Below, piece after piece: positions 18,895 through 29,066 of a stretch of DNA of 64,000 bases. The DNA is taken from assembly GCA_037917685.1 (NCBI GenBank), contig JAVCBU010000003.1, forward strand, positions 221,320 through 285,319, written 5' to 3'. A model generated the notes under the pieces. It was not told where the DNA came from. It saw only the letters and a list, made by a program, of their open reading frames with translations, and made no database searches. This stretch comes from Thermoproteota archaeon (GTDB taxonomy: Archaea; Korarchaeota; Korarchaeia; Korarchaeales; JAOZGB01). The position numbers and the translations under genes are program-made. Position 1 is the first letter of the stretch; each line of letters begins with the position of its first letter.

Positions 18895-19314
18895 TTAGGC
18901 CAGCCATCCCTTACAGAACGCTCTGTGTCTGACAACCAGTGGAGATAGGGCCTTCAACAGTATGATCCCAAAGATCAGGCTTGGTATGCCGTTTCCAATG
19001 GTCCAGCCAGAGAAGAACAGTGGCACGCTTTCAACTGTAATGAGCCCTATGGCCTGTAGTGCAGTCACAGCCCAGGCAGCGCCGATGACATTGTTAATTA
19101 TCACACCAAAGAGAATATACCCTATATAGTCCTTGGCTGATGTAAGCCTTGGGTCAAGCTTCATATACTTGAATGCTAGCAGCGGGATCAAGCCCTGAAG
19201 CAGGTTTGAAGGTAGATAAGCGAAGCTTACGTAGAGCGGAGCCCCGGCCAGCGAGTTAGATATGAACGGGAACAGGAAGCCAGCAGCGACGCTCCAGAGG
19301 CCGAACCAGATCGA
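18895..19314 (-). pseudogene. 5'-truncated ECF substrate-binding (S) component
   Basis: Frame continues upstream of the track start (IWFGLWSVAAGFLFPFISNSLAGAP..SNLLQGLIP) with no initiator before sfsA; WTIGNG..LKALSP tail. Confidence 0.65.
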
Positions 19315-19333
19315 CTCCCCTAAATACCTAGAT

Positions 19334-20038
19334 TCAATCTTTGTTTAGGGGTAGAAGTGTGACGGGTATCCTCCTAACCGGCTTAATCTCTAATCCATTA
19401 AAGGTGAAAGTATATGCTATTATGCCTACCCCCTTGTCAAACGCCTCCACAAGACCCCTTGAGAATTCCGGATCTGTCGCCCAGTTAGGCATGAAAATCT
19501 TTGCATCTGGCCTCATTACTAGGAAGAGAACATAGGCCTTTAATCCATCTTCTACAGCCCTAATAAGGGTTTTCAAATGCCTTAAACCCCTGTTGGTCGG
19601 GGCGTCCGGGAATAAGGCTGTCCCCCCGACGACTAGGGTGCATCCTTTAACCTCCACTAGTGTAGGCGGGCTTCCGAGGACCTGGAGGTCAATCCTGCTA
19701 TCTCCGTATTTTACCTCCGGTCTAATACCATGTTCGGCTTTTATCTCCGGAATGACTCCAGCGCTTAATAGTTCAATTGCTAGGCTCGTGTGAAGTCCAG
19801 AGTTGACAACTGTCCATATAGTACCGTCATGTACAGCTATTACCTCGCAGTCCGTCTTCCTACGTTTCCCTTCAACCTCTATGAACATGACTTTCACATC
19901 CGGCTTTAGAAGCTCTCTAAGCCTTCCAGGATCTCTAAGATGGCACCTCCTAACACCCTTCTCAGTCTTTATCAAGACTGTGAACCTGTTAGGCCTCCCC
20001 TTGAATAGTCCTACTTTCTTTCTACCTTCAACTATCAA
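19334..20038 (-). CDS. sfsA: DNA/RNA nuclease SfsA
   Basis: RPNRF, HLRDPGRLREL, SRIDL, VEVKGCTL, FPDAPTNRGLRHL. Confidence 0.93.
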   Translation of the reverse strand: MIVEGRKKVGLFKGRPNRFTVLIKTEKGVRRCHLRDPGRLRELLKPDVKVMFIEVEGKRRKTDCEVIAVHDGTIWTVVNSGLHTSLAIELLSAGVIPEIKAEHGIRPEVKYGDSRIDLQVLGSPPTLVEVKGCTLVVGGTALFPDAPTNRGLRHLKTLIRAVEDGLKAYVLFLVMRPDAKIFMPNWATDPEFSRGLVEAFDKGVGIIAYTFTFNGLEIKPVRRIPVTLLPLNKD

Positions 20039-20265
20039 CCCGCTACGTCTAGCTAGGAAGGGTCGTCCATTATTTAATAGTACATGTTTTAGATTCTCAA
20101 TCCTCAAATATGATTAGAGTAGGATAACCTACCACCTTTAAGGCAAAGAAACGTCATCATCGAAGTATAATTCCACTTTAAAGCTGCTATGACTACGTTT
20201 CCATAGTAGAGTATGATCTCGTCCCCTGTACCTAAGCTTCCTCTTCACACATTGGAAGAATGATT

Positions 20266-20649
20266 TCACATGGAAAGAGATTCTATTTCTTCCTTCATTT
20301 TAAGGTATTGTTCCTTCGTTATCTTTCCCCTTGCATACCTTTCTTTAAGTATGTTGAGAGCTCTTTCGCTGCTTCTATATGATTCGCTTCTTCTAAGTTC
20401 GGTGAATAGATAATATCCCCCCACTAATAATAGTAGGAGAAAGACAAGCACTATTAGGTACATATAAACCCATCCGTATCCTCCTCCACCCATCATTCCA
20501 TGATCAGAATGTTCGCCGTATTCTTGATGTCCATGTCCGCGCCAGCCCCACGATGACCACATGAATTTGGGTAAAATAGTTATCAATAGTATAAAGGCCA
20601 AAATGGCCCAGATCAGATTTTTGTTCTCTCTAGACATTAAGATATACAC
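20266..20649 (-). CDS. SHOCT-domain membrane protein with a His-rich loop
   Basis: ALNILKERYARGKITKEQYLKMK; two TMs flanking GHGHQEYGEHSDHGMMGGG. Confidence 0.8.
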   Translation of the reverse strand: MYILMSRENKNLIWAILAFILLITILPKFMWSSWGWRGHGHQEYGEHSDHGMMGGGGYGWVYMYLIVLVFLLLLLVGGYYLFTELRRSESYRSSERALNILKERYARGKITKEQYLKMKEEIESLSM

Positions 20650-20973
20650 CTTTGTAAAGTTGTAAATCTATATATTCTAGCTATCATCCTAATAGTTTTC
20701 TGCGGCTTACTGTAAGAGCTGTTTCCGGGGGTAGAGCAAGTCCTAGTGATTTTAAAATCTCGAAATCTGAAATATTAAGCCCTTTAAATTCAGGATAGGC
20801 TGGTATTCAATGGATTGTCGCCGCCAGATTCTAGAGAACCGGAATGTTAGGAGGCATGATTTGTCAAAACCGTTGTCTAATTTGATTTCACGTTTAATCA
20901 TGGGCTCAGGTTGTAATTATATTTTAATTATTTAGAAACCTTATAAGAGGCATGGATTCCGAGGTGGGATAGA

Positions 20974-21828
20974 TTGGGAGTGGTGGAAATTAGGGATCTA
21001 TGGGTTAAGTATAGTGTTGGCGACTGGGTTCTTAAAGGAATAAACCTGGACGTTAATGAAGGCGAGTTTGTAGTTATAATGGGGCCTTCTGGATGTGGGA
21101 AATCTACACTGTGCTACACAATTAACGGAATTATACCACACCTCTTGTCCGGGAAAGTTAAGGGAAGCATAAGGGTTGGTGGCATTGATACTTTGAAATC
21201 TTCTGTTTCCAGGATTTCGCAGCTTGTAGGGATGGTTTTCCAGAACCCGGACAGTCAGCTTACAGCGTTGACGGTTGAGGATGAGGTTGCATTCGGCCCG
21301 GAGAACCTTGCCCTGCCGAGGGAAGAGGTGGAGAGGAGGGTTGAGGAGGCTTTGTCGCTGGTCAGGCTCGTCCACGCCAGGAAGAGGAACCCCCAAAGCC
21401 TAAGCGGCGGAGAAAAACAAGCGCTTGTAATAGCCTCTGTTCTGGCTTTGCGTCCTAAGATACTTGTTTTGGACGAGCCTACCTCCATGCTTGACCCTAT
21501 AGGCCAGAAGAGGGTTTCAGACCTGATAGTTAAGCTTAACGAGGAGGAGAACATGACTATAATCGCGGTGGATCATAGGATAGAATGGGCTTCTGAGCAT
21601 GCGGATAGGATAGCGATTATGGAAGATGGCAGGATAGTGCTTGAAGGCTCGCCTAGAGAGGTCTTCTCCCATAAAGACCTGGTTAGGAGCATAGGTTTCA
21701 GGCCGCCTGAGGTTACAGAACTCTTTTATATCCTTGAGGATGAGGGCTTAAACGTTGAAGAGTACCCTGTTGTCCTAAGTGAAGGTGAAAAAGCTCTGCG
21801 AAAGGTGGTGACGGGTTGGAGGAAATAA
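20974..21828 (+). CDS. ecfA1: ECF transporter ATPase A
   Basis: GPSGCGKST, VFQNPDSQL, LSGGEKQ, LDEPTSMLDP. Confidence 0.92.
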   Translation: MGVVEIRDLWVKYSVGDWVLKGINLDVNEGEFVVIMGPSGCGKSTLCYTINGIIPHLLSGKVKGSIRVGGIDTLKSSVSRISQLVGMVFQNPDSQLTALTVEDEVAFGPENLALPREEVERRVEEALSLVRLVHARKRNPQSLSGGEKQALVIASVLALRPKILVLDEPTSMLDPIGQKRVSDLIVKLNEEENMTIIAVDHRIEWASEHADRIAIMEDGRIVLEGSPREVFSHKDLVRSIGFRPPEVTELFYILEDEGLNVEEYPVVLSEGEKALRKVVTGWRK

Positions 21829-22649
21829 TAAGGGTTGAAGACCTTTATTACACCTATCCAGGCGGTGTTGAGGCTTTAAAAGGAATCTCCCTATCCATCT
21901 TTAAAGGAGAGTTCATAGGGCTAGTAGGTGAGAACGGGTCAGGCAAGACAACCCTTGCAAAACATTTTAACGGCCTCCTCAAGCCTACCAGGGGCAGAGT
22001 ACTTGTCTTCGGAGACGACACACGCCGCGCTAGCACGGCAAGCCTCTCAAGGAAGGTTGGATATGTCTTTCAAAATCCAGACTCGATGCTCTTCGGCAGA
22101 ACAGTTCTGGAAGAGGTTTCCTTTGCGTTGAAAAACATTGGTGTCCCAAGTGAGAAGTGGGAGGACATGGTCAGGGACGCTCTGAGAAAGCTTGACCTCA
22201 ACATACCCCTGGATGCGAACCCTCACCTGCTAAGCATGGGGCAGAGGCATAGGATAGCGATAGCAGACGTCCTCGTCATGAACCCGGATGTCTTGATTCT
22301 AGATGAGCCCACGACAGGCCTCGACTATAAAAGGTGCATCCAGCTAATGGAGACTGTTAAGAAGATCCACCGAGAGGGGAGAACAGTTATTCTAATAACC
22401 CACGACATCTCCCTAGTAGCAAGATATGTTGGGAGGGTTATAGTTTTGAAGAATGGAAGCCTGCTGGCCGAAGGCGACCCTCACAAAATACTATCCGATG
22501 TTGAACTCCTCCTGAAAAGCAACCTGACCCCGCCTCAGATAACCCTACTGGCCCAGAGGGTTAGGGACCTAGGATTCTCCCCTGAAACCATAAAAGTTGA
22601 GGAGATGGTTCAGCAAGTATTAGAAATCGTCGGGAAACCTACCATTTAA
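21816..22649 (+). CDS. ecfA2: ECF transporter ATPase A'
   Basis: GENGSGKTT, VFQNPD, LSMGQR, LDEPTTGLD, ITHD. Confidence 0.92.
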   Translation: MEEIIRVEDLYYTYPGGVEALKGISLSIFKGEFIGLVGENGSGKTTLAKHFNGLLKPTRGRVLVFGDDTRRASTASLSRKVGYVFQNPDSMLFGRTVLEEVSFALKNIGVPSEKWEDMVRDALRKLDLNIPLDANPHLLSMGQRHRIAIADVLVMNPDVLILDEPTTGLDYKRCIQLMETVKKIHREGRTVILITHDISLVARYVGRVIVLKNGSLLAEGDPHKILSDVELLLKSNLTPPQITLLAQRVRDLGFSPETIKVEEMVQQVLEIVGKPTI

Positions 22650-23460
22650 CAGGTATATATCCAACCCCAAGCACAAATCTAAGGTAGAAGCCCAGCACTA
22701 CCGCGGAGAGCAGGCATGCCAGCCAGGCATAGTCGGCACGTTTCATTTTAAGCTCGTGCAGGAACGTTCTATTATCCTTCGCGCCGAAGCACCTAGACTC
22801 CATGCTCATCGCGAGCTGAACGGTGAACTTCACCATCCTTGTTACGAGGGGTATGAATATTGGAATGTAATTCCTTATTTTCCTGAATATGTTTCCACGC
22901 TGCATCTCAAGGCCCCTGGACATCTGAGCCTCTATTATCTCCCTTGTCTCAGACGCCATAACAGGGATAAACCTCAACGCAATGGTGAATATGTATCCAG
23001 CCTTGTATGGGAGGCCGGCCTTCATGGCTGCCTGGACAGCATCCCTTGGGAAGGTTGTTGAGAGGATTATAAGCATGCATGTGATTGGGTTTAGGATTAG
23101 AAAGGCCTTCCCGAAGGCATATAGGAGGCCTATCTCGGTGTATTTCCAGTTGAGAACCGGGATTGTAAATATGACTTTCCCAACTTGGAGGGGCGCCCTT
23201 CTAGGCCAGAAGACAAGGCATGCTAGGATGAATACGAGGCTGTTGAACGCTACGAAGAGAAACCTTTTAGGTGTGAGCCTTGCGAGCAGCCCGACAACTA
23301 TGATGGATACATATATTAGCCCGTTAAACCTTGGATCGGAGAAGCATATCGAGAGAGCCAGGATAACTATGAACCATAGAAACTTGCTTCTGGGGTCAAG
23401 CCTATGGATAAGGGTTTCCCCAGGGATGTAAAGCCCGTAGAGTGTTGACACAGGGGTCAC
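22639..23460 (-). CDS. ecfT: ECF transporter transmembrane component T
   Basis: HRLDPRSK, IALRFIP, EAQMSRG, MSMESRCFG. Confidence 0.92.
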   Translation of the reverse strand: MTPVSTLYGLYIPGETLIHRLDPRSKFLWFIVILALSICFSDPRFNGLIYVSIIVVGLLARLTPKRFLFVAFNSLVFILACLVFWPRRAPLQVGKVIFTIPVLNWKYTEIGLLYAFGKAFLILNPITCMLIILSTTFPRDAVQAAMKAGLPYKAGYIFTIALRFIPVMASETREIIEAQMSRGLEMQRGNIFRKIRNYIPIFIPLVTRMVKFTVQLAMSMESRCFGAKDNRTFLHELKMKRADYAWLACLLSAVVLGFYLRFVLGVGYIPVKW

Positions 23461-23481
23461 CTAAGGTAAAGAAGGGGGTTA

Positions 23482-24315
23482 CTATAGGAACTCTATCCTG
23501 TCAGCCCAGTACAAGCCCCACTGTTTCACTATCGGGTATAGTATGAACGCCAACACCTCCCCGACGATTGCTGTAACGATAGCATTGTTTACCACCACGA
23601 AGGGTGCGAAGAAGCCCCATATGAACTCTATTGGCAGGCCTACAAGAGGCTTAGCGACGTCAAGCCACCAGCTAATATATAGTGAGCACCACACGCTTCC
23701 AACCAGGACCCCCCAGAAGTAGTAGTCGAATACCGACCTGGCAGATCTCATGCTGTGGTCTTTCATGAACTTGTATGGTATGTATGCGAGTATGAAGTTT
23801 CCAACGAATCCTCCTATGCTGCCTACCCCAAGGTATCCTGCCAGTAGGTCCGCTATGAAGTTTCCTACAGCCGTCCCAACGCAGCCCGGTATTCCGAAAA
23901 GCATCCCGAAGATTGGGCTAAGCATGTTTGCAGGCCTTATCCATGTGAACCCGGGAATAATTGTTAGCCCCCCTGTTACCGTGAGTCCGCCGCCGTATAC
24001 CGCCGCTGACAGGGCTGCAACGGCGACGTCTACGCTATCCCACTTTATCCTCTGCTTCACCAGGCGGAAGGGGAATTTGAAGGTGTAGCCGAGGAAAACC
24101 TCCATTATGAAGAACGCGGTGCCTAGGATCCAGAGTATTCCGCCGACTACGAGCCAGAATGGCCTCCCAAGCTTGAAGAATGCTTTAGCCCAGACCCAGT
24201 TCTCAGGCCCTTGCCTGGCGAACGTTACAGCCCCGTGGATGGAAAGGATTATCGCTACCACGGCTACGATTATAGCCGGAATGTACATGGTCCTACTCTT
24301 CTCCATCCCCCTCAC
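23482..24315 (-). CDS. ECF substrate-binding S component (QueT-like) with N-terminal TM extension
   Basis: VAALSAAVY..IRPANMLSPIFGMLFG..GTAVGNFIADL..GFVGNF. Confidence 0.8.
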   Translation of the reverse strand: MRGMEKSRTMYIPAIIVAVVAIILSIHGAVTFARQGPENWVWAKAFFKLGRPFWLVVGGILWILGTAFFIMEVFLGYTFKFPFRLVKQRIKWDSVDVAVAALSAAVYGGGLTVTGGLTIIPGFTWIRPANMLSPIFGMLFGIPGCVGTAVGNFIADLLAGYLGVGSIGGFVGNFILAYIPYKFMKDHSMRSARSVFDYYFWGVLVGSVWCSLYISWWLDVAKPLVGLPIEFIWGFFAPFVVVNNAIVTAIVGEVLAFILYPIVKQWGLYWADRIEFL

Positions 24316-24596
24316 CCCTTAGCCTTTTTAACAGCAATCCAACCTATCACCAGGCCTATGATTATGATAACGGCAGCGATAATGTTCGTGGCATAGCCTA
24401 TCTCTGGAGGCTGCTTCCCATATATGCCTAGCTTGGATAGCAAGTGGTAGCCGAGAAGCACGATAATCCATAAGATACCTATGAAGACCAGCGGCATGCC
24501 TAGAGGTGTTTTCAAGCTGTACTTAACTAGCAACCCTATCAGAAGGAATATCGCTCCTAGAATCCATAGGATTGTGATCGGCTCCATCATGACCAC
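24312..24596 (-). CDS. Small three-TM membrane protein coupled to the S component
   Basis: Hydrophobic 94-aa ORF whose stop overlaps the next start. Confidence 0.65.
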   Translation of the reverse strand: MVMMEPITILWILGAIFLLIGLLVKYSLKTPLGMPLVFIGILWIIVLLGYHLLSKLGIYGKQPPEIGYATNIIAAVIIIIGLVIGWIAVKKAKG

Positions 24597-24680
24597 CTTC
24601 GTTTTTCGGCATATCTAGCCTAGACTTTAATATAAATTTTGGCTATGGTTTCGCAGCTCTTATGATGGTTAGTGCCATGT

Positions 24681-25265
24681 TCACGCTGCCTTCGAAAATA
24701 TTGCGGCCGCCATTGTTAGTACTCCAACCACGGAGAGAGTTAGCCCAACTGTAAGGTTGTAAAACCTTAGGAGGTATCCTAGGACAAGGGTTAGGGATGA
24801 AACACCGAAGAGAAGGGCTTTAAGACTCTTAAACTTGAGGTAGGCATACCAGAAGATCGCTACGGCAGGGGCTAGAGTAAGCATGGAAACCGCGGCTGAA
24901 AGGGCAGGGTAGCCCGCCAGCCTAAATGCAACCGTCAATACGCCCAGGATGAGGGGTGTAACCATGTATTTCATTTCCTCCCATGCTATAAGTATGGCGC
25001 CGGCCAGCAATATGCTGCTCGAGGCCGCCCCGAAGACCACTACAAGCTTCTCTCCCAGCTCGACCGGGGTGGTGAAGGTTAGAGGCGAGTATGACTTCGC
25101 CGGGGAGGCGGCGCCCTCGGCAAGGCCTATCATCAGCATGAGCATGCTCCACATGAGGAGGGGTTTAAGCTTTGTCATGGCGTACTTCAACAGCAATATT
25201 CCGAACATTACCATAGCCGAAACTATGAGGAGAGATCTTAATACTATCTCTATACTGGTCATCAA
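24681..25265 (-). CDS. Hypothetical polytopic membrane protein
   Basis: 194 aa, about 7 hydrophobic segments. Confidence 0.65.
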   Translation of the reverse strand: MMTSIEIVLRSLLIVSAMVMFGILLLKYAMTKLKPLLMWSMLMLMIGLAEGAASPAKSYSPLTFTTPVELGEKLVVVFGAASSSILLAGAILIAWEEMKYMVTPLILGVLTVAFRLAGYPALSAAVSMLTLAPAVAIFWYAYLKFKSLKALLFGVSSLTLVLGYLLRFYNLTVGLTLSVVGVLTMAAAIFSKAA

Positions 25266-25356
25266 AGTCGACTTATCAGCTGTTATTATTTTAATTTTAT
25301 CTCACAACACCTAGTAGTCTCGAAATTATTAAGTAAACCAGTGGCTAACTATAGAT

Positions 25357-26679
25357 ATGTCTGAAAGCCTGCTGCTTCAGAACATACGGGTTTTACTAAC
25401 ACAAGACCGTACTAGAAAAATAATGAGAAACGTCCATGTTCTAATCGAGAATGGTAAGATATCTAAGATCTCACGCCAACCCTTGAAAGCCGATATTAAG
25501 ATCGACTGTAGCAGGTTTATGGCGGCTCCCGGGCTCGTAAACTCGCACACGCATATTGCAATGTCACTCTTCAGGGGTGTAGCAGACGATCTACCTCTCA
25601 AGGAATGGCTGTACGAAAGAATATGGCCTATGGAGGAGCACCTAACACCTGAAATGGTTAGAACAGGAGCCCTGCTTGGAATAGCGGAATCCATCCATTC
25701 CGGTGCCACATGCTTCGTTGACATGTACTTCTACGAAGACCAGATCGCCGAAGCATGCGTCGAAGCTGGGGTAAGGGGAGTCCTAGCAACAGGTTACATG
25801 GACTACGGGACACCTCAGAAACGCGACCCCTTCAAGGTTCTATCAGAGGCTGAAAACTACGTCAAAAGATGGAAAGACAGAAACCCCCTGGTGACCCCAA
25901 GCCTTGGCCCCCACGCACCCTACTCCTGCAGCCCTGAGCTTCTTGAAAAGACGGCTGAACTATCCGCCAGGTATGACATTCCCGTACACATCCACCTTGC
26001 AGAGGACAGGGAGCTAGCAGACCAGGTAAAGAGGAAAAGCGGAGTAACATCCACCGAGCTCCTAGACAGGACAGGCCTTCTAGATAGAAGACTGATAACA
26101 GCCCACACCATCTGGATCTCCGACTCAGATATGAAACTCCTAGCGAGAAGAAGCGTCCTAGTAGCCCACGTTCCCGTGACCAATGTTAAGATGGCTCAGG
26201 GAATAGCTAAAGTCCCCGAGATGCTGAGCCAAGGCGTAAACGTAGGCCTTGGGACAGACGGGGCTGGAAGCAACAACCTTCTTGACATGTTCGAGGTGAT
26301 GAAGACAGCCGCTATAATCCACAAGCAAAGGCTTTCTGACCCGACAGCCCTGCCGGCTCAGAAAGTCCTTGACATGGCGACAACAATCCCTGCAAGAGTG
26401 CTCGGGCTGCCAACAGGCTCGATCGAGGAGGGAAAGGATGCTGATATAATCCTCGTAAGTCTCGACAGGCCTTGGCTTACCCCCCTACACAGCCCAGTAG
26501 CCCATCTCGTTTACAGTGTAAGAATAGGAGATGTAGACACCGTCCTGGTAGCAGGTAAAATAGTGATGCTTCACGGCCGCATCACGACCTTCAGCGTCGA
26601 GGACACGATTAGGAAGACTGAAGAAGATGCCTTAAAGCTTGTCAGAGACTCCGGCGTGGAAAGCTTCCTAAAACAGTAG
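25357..26679 (+). CDS. mtaD: 5'-methylthioadenosine/S-adenosylhomocysteine (5'-deoxyadenosine) deaminase
   Basis: PGLVNSHTH, RGVADDLPL, DMYF, PHAPYSC, HIHLAE, LGTDGAGSNN.LDMF. Confidence 0.85.
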   Translation: MSESLLLQNIRVLLTQDRTRKIMRNVHVLIENGKISKISRQPLKADIKIDCSRFMAAPGLVNSHTHIAMSLFRGVADDLPLKEWLYERIWPMEEHLTPEMVRTGALLGIAESIHSGATCFVDMYFYEDQIAEACVEAGVRGVLATGYMDYGTPQKRDPFKVLSEAENYVKRWKDRNPLVTPSLGPHAPYSCSPELLEKTAELSARYDIPVHIHLAEDRELADQVKRKSGVTSTELLDRTGLLDRRLITAHTIWISDSDMKLLARRSVLVAHVPVTNVKMAQGIAKVPEMLSQGVNVGLGTDGAGSNNLLDMFEVMKTAAIIHKQRLSDPTALPAQKVLDMATTIPARVLGLPTGSIEEGKDADIILVSLDRPWLTPLHSPVAHLVYSVRIGDVDTVLVAGKIVMLHGRITTFSVEDTIRKTEEDALKLVRDSGVESFLKQ

Positions 26680-26707
26680 CCTAACACACGCCTAGAATGC
26701 TATAAAG

Positions 26708-27955
26708 CTACCTCCATGACTGCAGATACTTCTCCTGCTCCTCTGTAAGGCTGTCTATGGATATACCCATTGATTCAAGCTTGTAGGACGCAACCTTATA
26801 GTCTATCTCCTCTGGTAACACGTAGACCCTTCTTTCCATCTCATCATGCTTCTCAACGATGTACCTTGCCGCAAGAGCCTGAAGCGAGAAGCTTAAATCC
26901 ATGATGTCAGCTGGGTGTCCATCGGCAGCAGCCAGGTTTACAAGCCTCCCATCGCAGAGCAGGTATATCCTCCTACCATCTCTAAGCCTGTACTCCGTTA
27001 TGTTAGGCCTAGGCTCCGTCTTGCCTACAGCTATCTCCTCCAGGTCTCTCTTGGATATCTCAACGTCGAAGTGGCCTGCGTTAGCAAGTATTACACCATC
27101 TTTCATCCTTTCAAAATGCTCCCTCCTAATAACGTTAATGTTTCCCGTCGCAGTAATGAAGATGTCTCCTATCTCAGCGGCCTTAGACATGGACATAACG
27201 GTGAATCCATCCATTCTAGCCTCCAAGGCTCTGATAGGGTTAACCTCTGTCACTATAACGTTACCTCCCATGCCGCTTAGCCTCATAGCCAGGCCCCTGC
27301 CAACCCAGCCGTAGCCTGCGACTACAATGTTCCTACCAGCCAGCAGCAGGTTGGTGGCTCTAAGCAGCCCGTCTATCGTGGACTGCCCCGTGCCATACCG
27401 GTTGTCAAAGAGATACTTACACTTCGAGTCATTCACGGCTATAACAGGGAAGGAAAGGATGCCCTCCCTCTCCAACGCCTTATACCTTTTAACACCGCTT
27501 GTTGTCTCCTCAGATCCGCCGATAACTCTACCAAGCAGGTCTTTCCGCCTGGTGTGGAGCATAACGCCGAGGTCTCCGCCGTCATCTATTATAATATCAG
27601 GCTGTAGGGATAGTGCCCTATCAAGGTTTGCATAGTACTCCTCCTCCGTCTCTCCACGCCAGGCATAGACATGTACTCCCTCATCAGCAAGGGCTGCTGC
27701 CACGTCGTCCTGGGTTGTAAGAGGGTTACTACCAGCAATACTGATCTCTGCACCAGCATCCCTTAGGACAAGCGCAAGAAAAGCTGTTTTCATCTCCAAG
27801 TGTAGGCAGCAGGCGATCCTCAAACCCTTGAAAGGCTTATCCCTCTCGAACTCTCTTCTAATAATGTTTAGGACGGGCATGAACCTTGAAACCCAGTCTA
27901 TCTTCGCCCTACCATCCGGGGCAAGACCGATATCCTTGACAAGGTAGTCCTCCAC
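26708..27955 (-). CDS. ahcY: Adenosylhomocysteinase (SAH/SIH hydrolase)
   Basis: [57 protein letters not shown] start at 27955 preferred. Confidence 0.95.
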   Translation of the reverse strand: MEDYLVKDIGLAPDGRAKIDWVSRFMPVLNIIRREFERDKPFKGLRIACCLHLEMKTAFLALVLRDAGAEISIAGSNPLTTQDDVAAALADEGVHVYAWRGETEEEYYANLDRALSLQPDIIIDDGGDLGVMLHTRRKDLLGRVIGGSEETTSGVKRYKALEREGILSFPVIAVNDSKCKYLFDNRYGTGQSTIDGLLRATNLLLAGRNIVVAGYGWVGRGLAMRLSGMGGNVIVTEVNPIRALEARMDGFTVMSMSKAAEIGDIFITATGNINVIRREHFERMKDGVILANAGHFDVEISKRDLEEIAVGKTEPRPNITEYRLRDGRRIYLLCDGRLVNLAAADGHPADIMDLSFSLQALAARYIVEKHDEMERRVYVLPEEIDYKVASYKLESMGISIDSLTEEQEKYLQSWR

Positions 27956-28063
27956 AATTGGAAAGTTGAAGGTGCAAACTATTAAGCTTGAACATAAGGA
28001 TTCTGTTAATCGATGGTGTAAATCTTTAAGAAACAAAACAGTAGTGGCAGACCACAACCTATG

Positions 28064-28090
28064 GTGTTACTTTTTTACGAAAAGTAACAT
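28064..28090. promoter_or_regulatory. Putative NikR operator
   Basis: GTGTTAC-N13-GTAACAT palindrome abutting a TATA-like TTTAATAA, about 40 nt upstream of nikM. Confidence 0.7.
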
Positions 28091-28128
28091 TTAATAAGAA
28101 ACAGGAGTTCTAACCTAAATGGTCTAAA

Positions 28129-28800
28129 ATGCATATTCCTGACGGATATCTAACACCTATAATAGCGGGGACTTGTTACATTATAAGCATAATAATATTG
28201 TATCTATCATGGAGGAAATATCTCAAAGGTCCAGGTATCCCAGGCCTACTATCAGACTTAAACACGAGGATAAGCTACCTATCAGTGATAGCTGCTGCAA
28301 TATTCGCCGCTCAAATGCTTAACTGGCCTATTCCCGGTGGTACAAGCGCCCACCTCGTCGCAGGTGCCCTGGCGGGGATGATCCTTGGACCTAGCGGAGG
28401 TGCCTGTGCGATGTCCCTGGTCCTGCTGGTGCAGTGCCTAATCTTCGGAGACGGCGGAATTACAGCTCTTGGAGCTAACATCCTAAACATGGCTATAATA
28501 GACGTTTACGTAGGGTACATTGTGGCCGAGGCTGCTTCCAAGATCTTCAAAGACAAGGGGAGGGGGGTGGCCTTCGGATCCTTTCTTGGAGGATGGCTTG
28601 GAATAACGCTTGCAGCCATAGCCTGCGGCGTTGAGATAGGTCTTTCACCTGCCTTCGGCTATCCCCTGAGCGTAACCGTCCCGGTTATGGGTGTGTGGCA
28701 TGCGGCTCTAGGCCTTGTAGAGGGAGCTATCACGATGTTCGTAATAAGCTACCTGTCAAGGCTAAATCCCGAACTAGTATTTGTGGGTGGTGCAACGTGA
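28129..28800 (+). CDS. nikM: Ni/Co ECF S component NikM/CbiM
   Basis: MHIPDG N-terminus, FAAQMLNWPIPGGTSAH, QCLIFGDGGITALGAN. Confidence 0.9.
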   Translation: MHIPDGYLTPIIAGTCYIISIIILYLSWRKYLKGPGIPGLLSDLNTRISYLSVIAAAIFAAQMLNWPIPGGTSAHLVAGALAGMILGPSGGACAMSLVLLVQCLIFGDGGITALGANILNMAIIDVYVGYIVAEAASKIFKDKGRGVAFGSFLGGWLGITLAAIACGVEIGLSPAFGYPLSVTVPVMGVWHAALGLVEGAITMFVISYLSRLNPELVFVGGAT

Positions 28801-29066
28801 AGAGAGCATACATAATCATAATAGTGCTGGTGGTTCTAAGCCCCTTGTTCGGGGTTATAGGGGCGGAGATAGTGGGGTACAGGGAGCCGCTTGAAGTGGC
28901 CGCGGAAAAAGTAGGCCTTGAAGAGTCTGAGCCCCTCTGGAGCGGCGTTCTACCAGACTATACCTTCCCAGGAGCGAACGACGCAGTAGGATACATAATA
29001 GCAGGATTTATAGGGGTGGCTATACTCCTGTCGCCGCTAATAATAGTAGGGAGACGGAGGAAATGA
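28797..29066 (+). CDS. nikN: NikN/PDGLE-domain auxiliary membrane protein
   Basis: GTG at 28797 (GTGA overlap); two TMs, EPLE..AEKVGL, LPDYTFPG. Confidence 0.8.
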   Translation: MKRAYIIIIVLVVLSPLFGVIGAEIVGYREPLEVAAEKVGLEESEPLWSGVLPDYTFPGANDAVGYIIAGFIGVAILLSPLIIVGRRRK

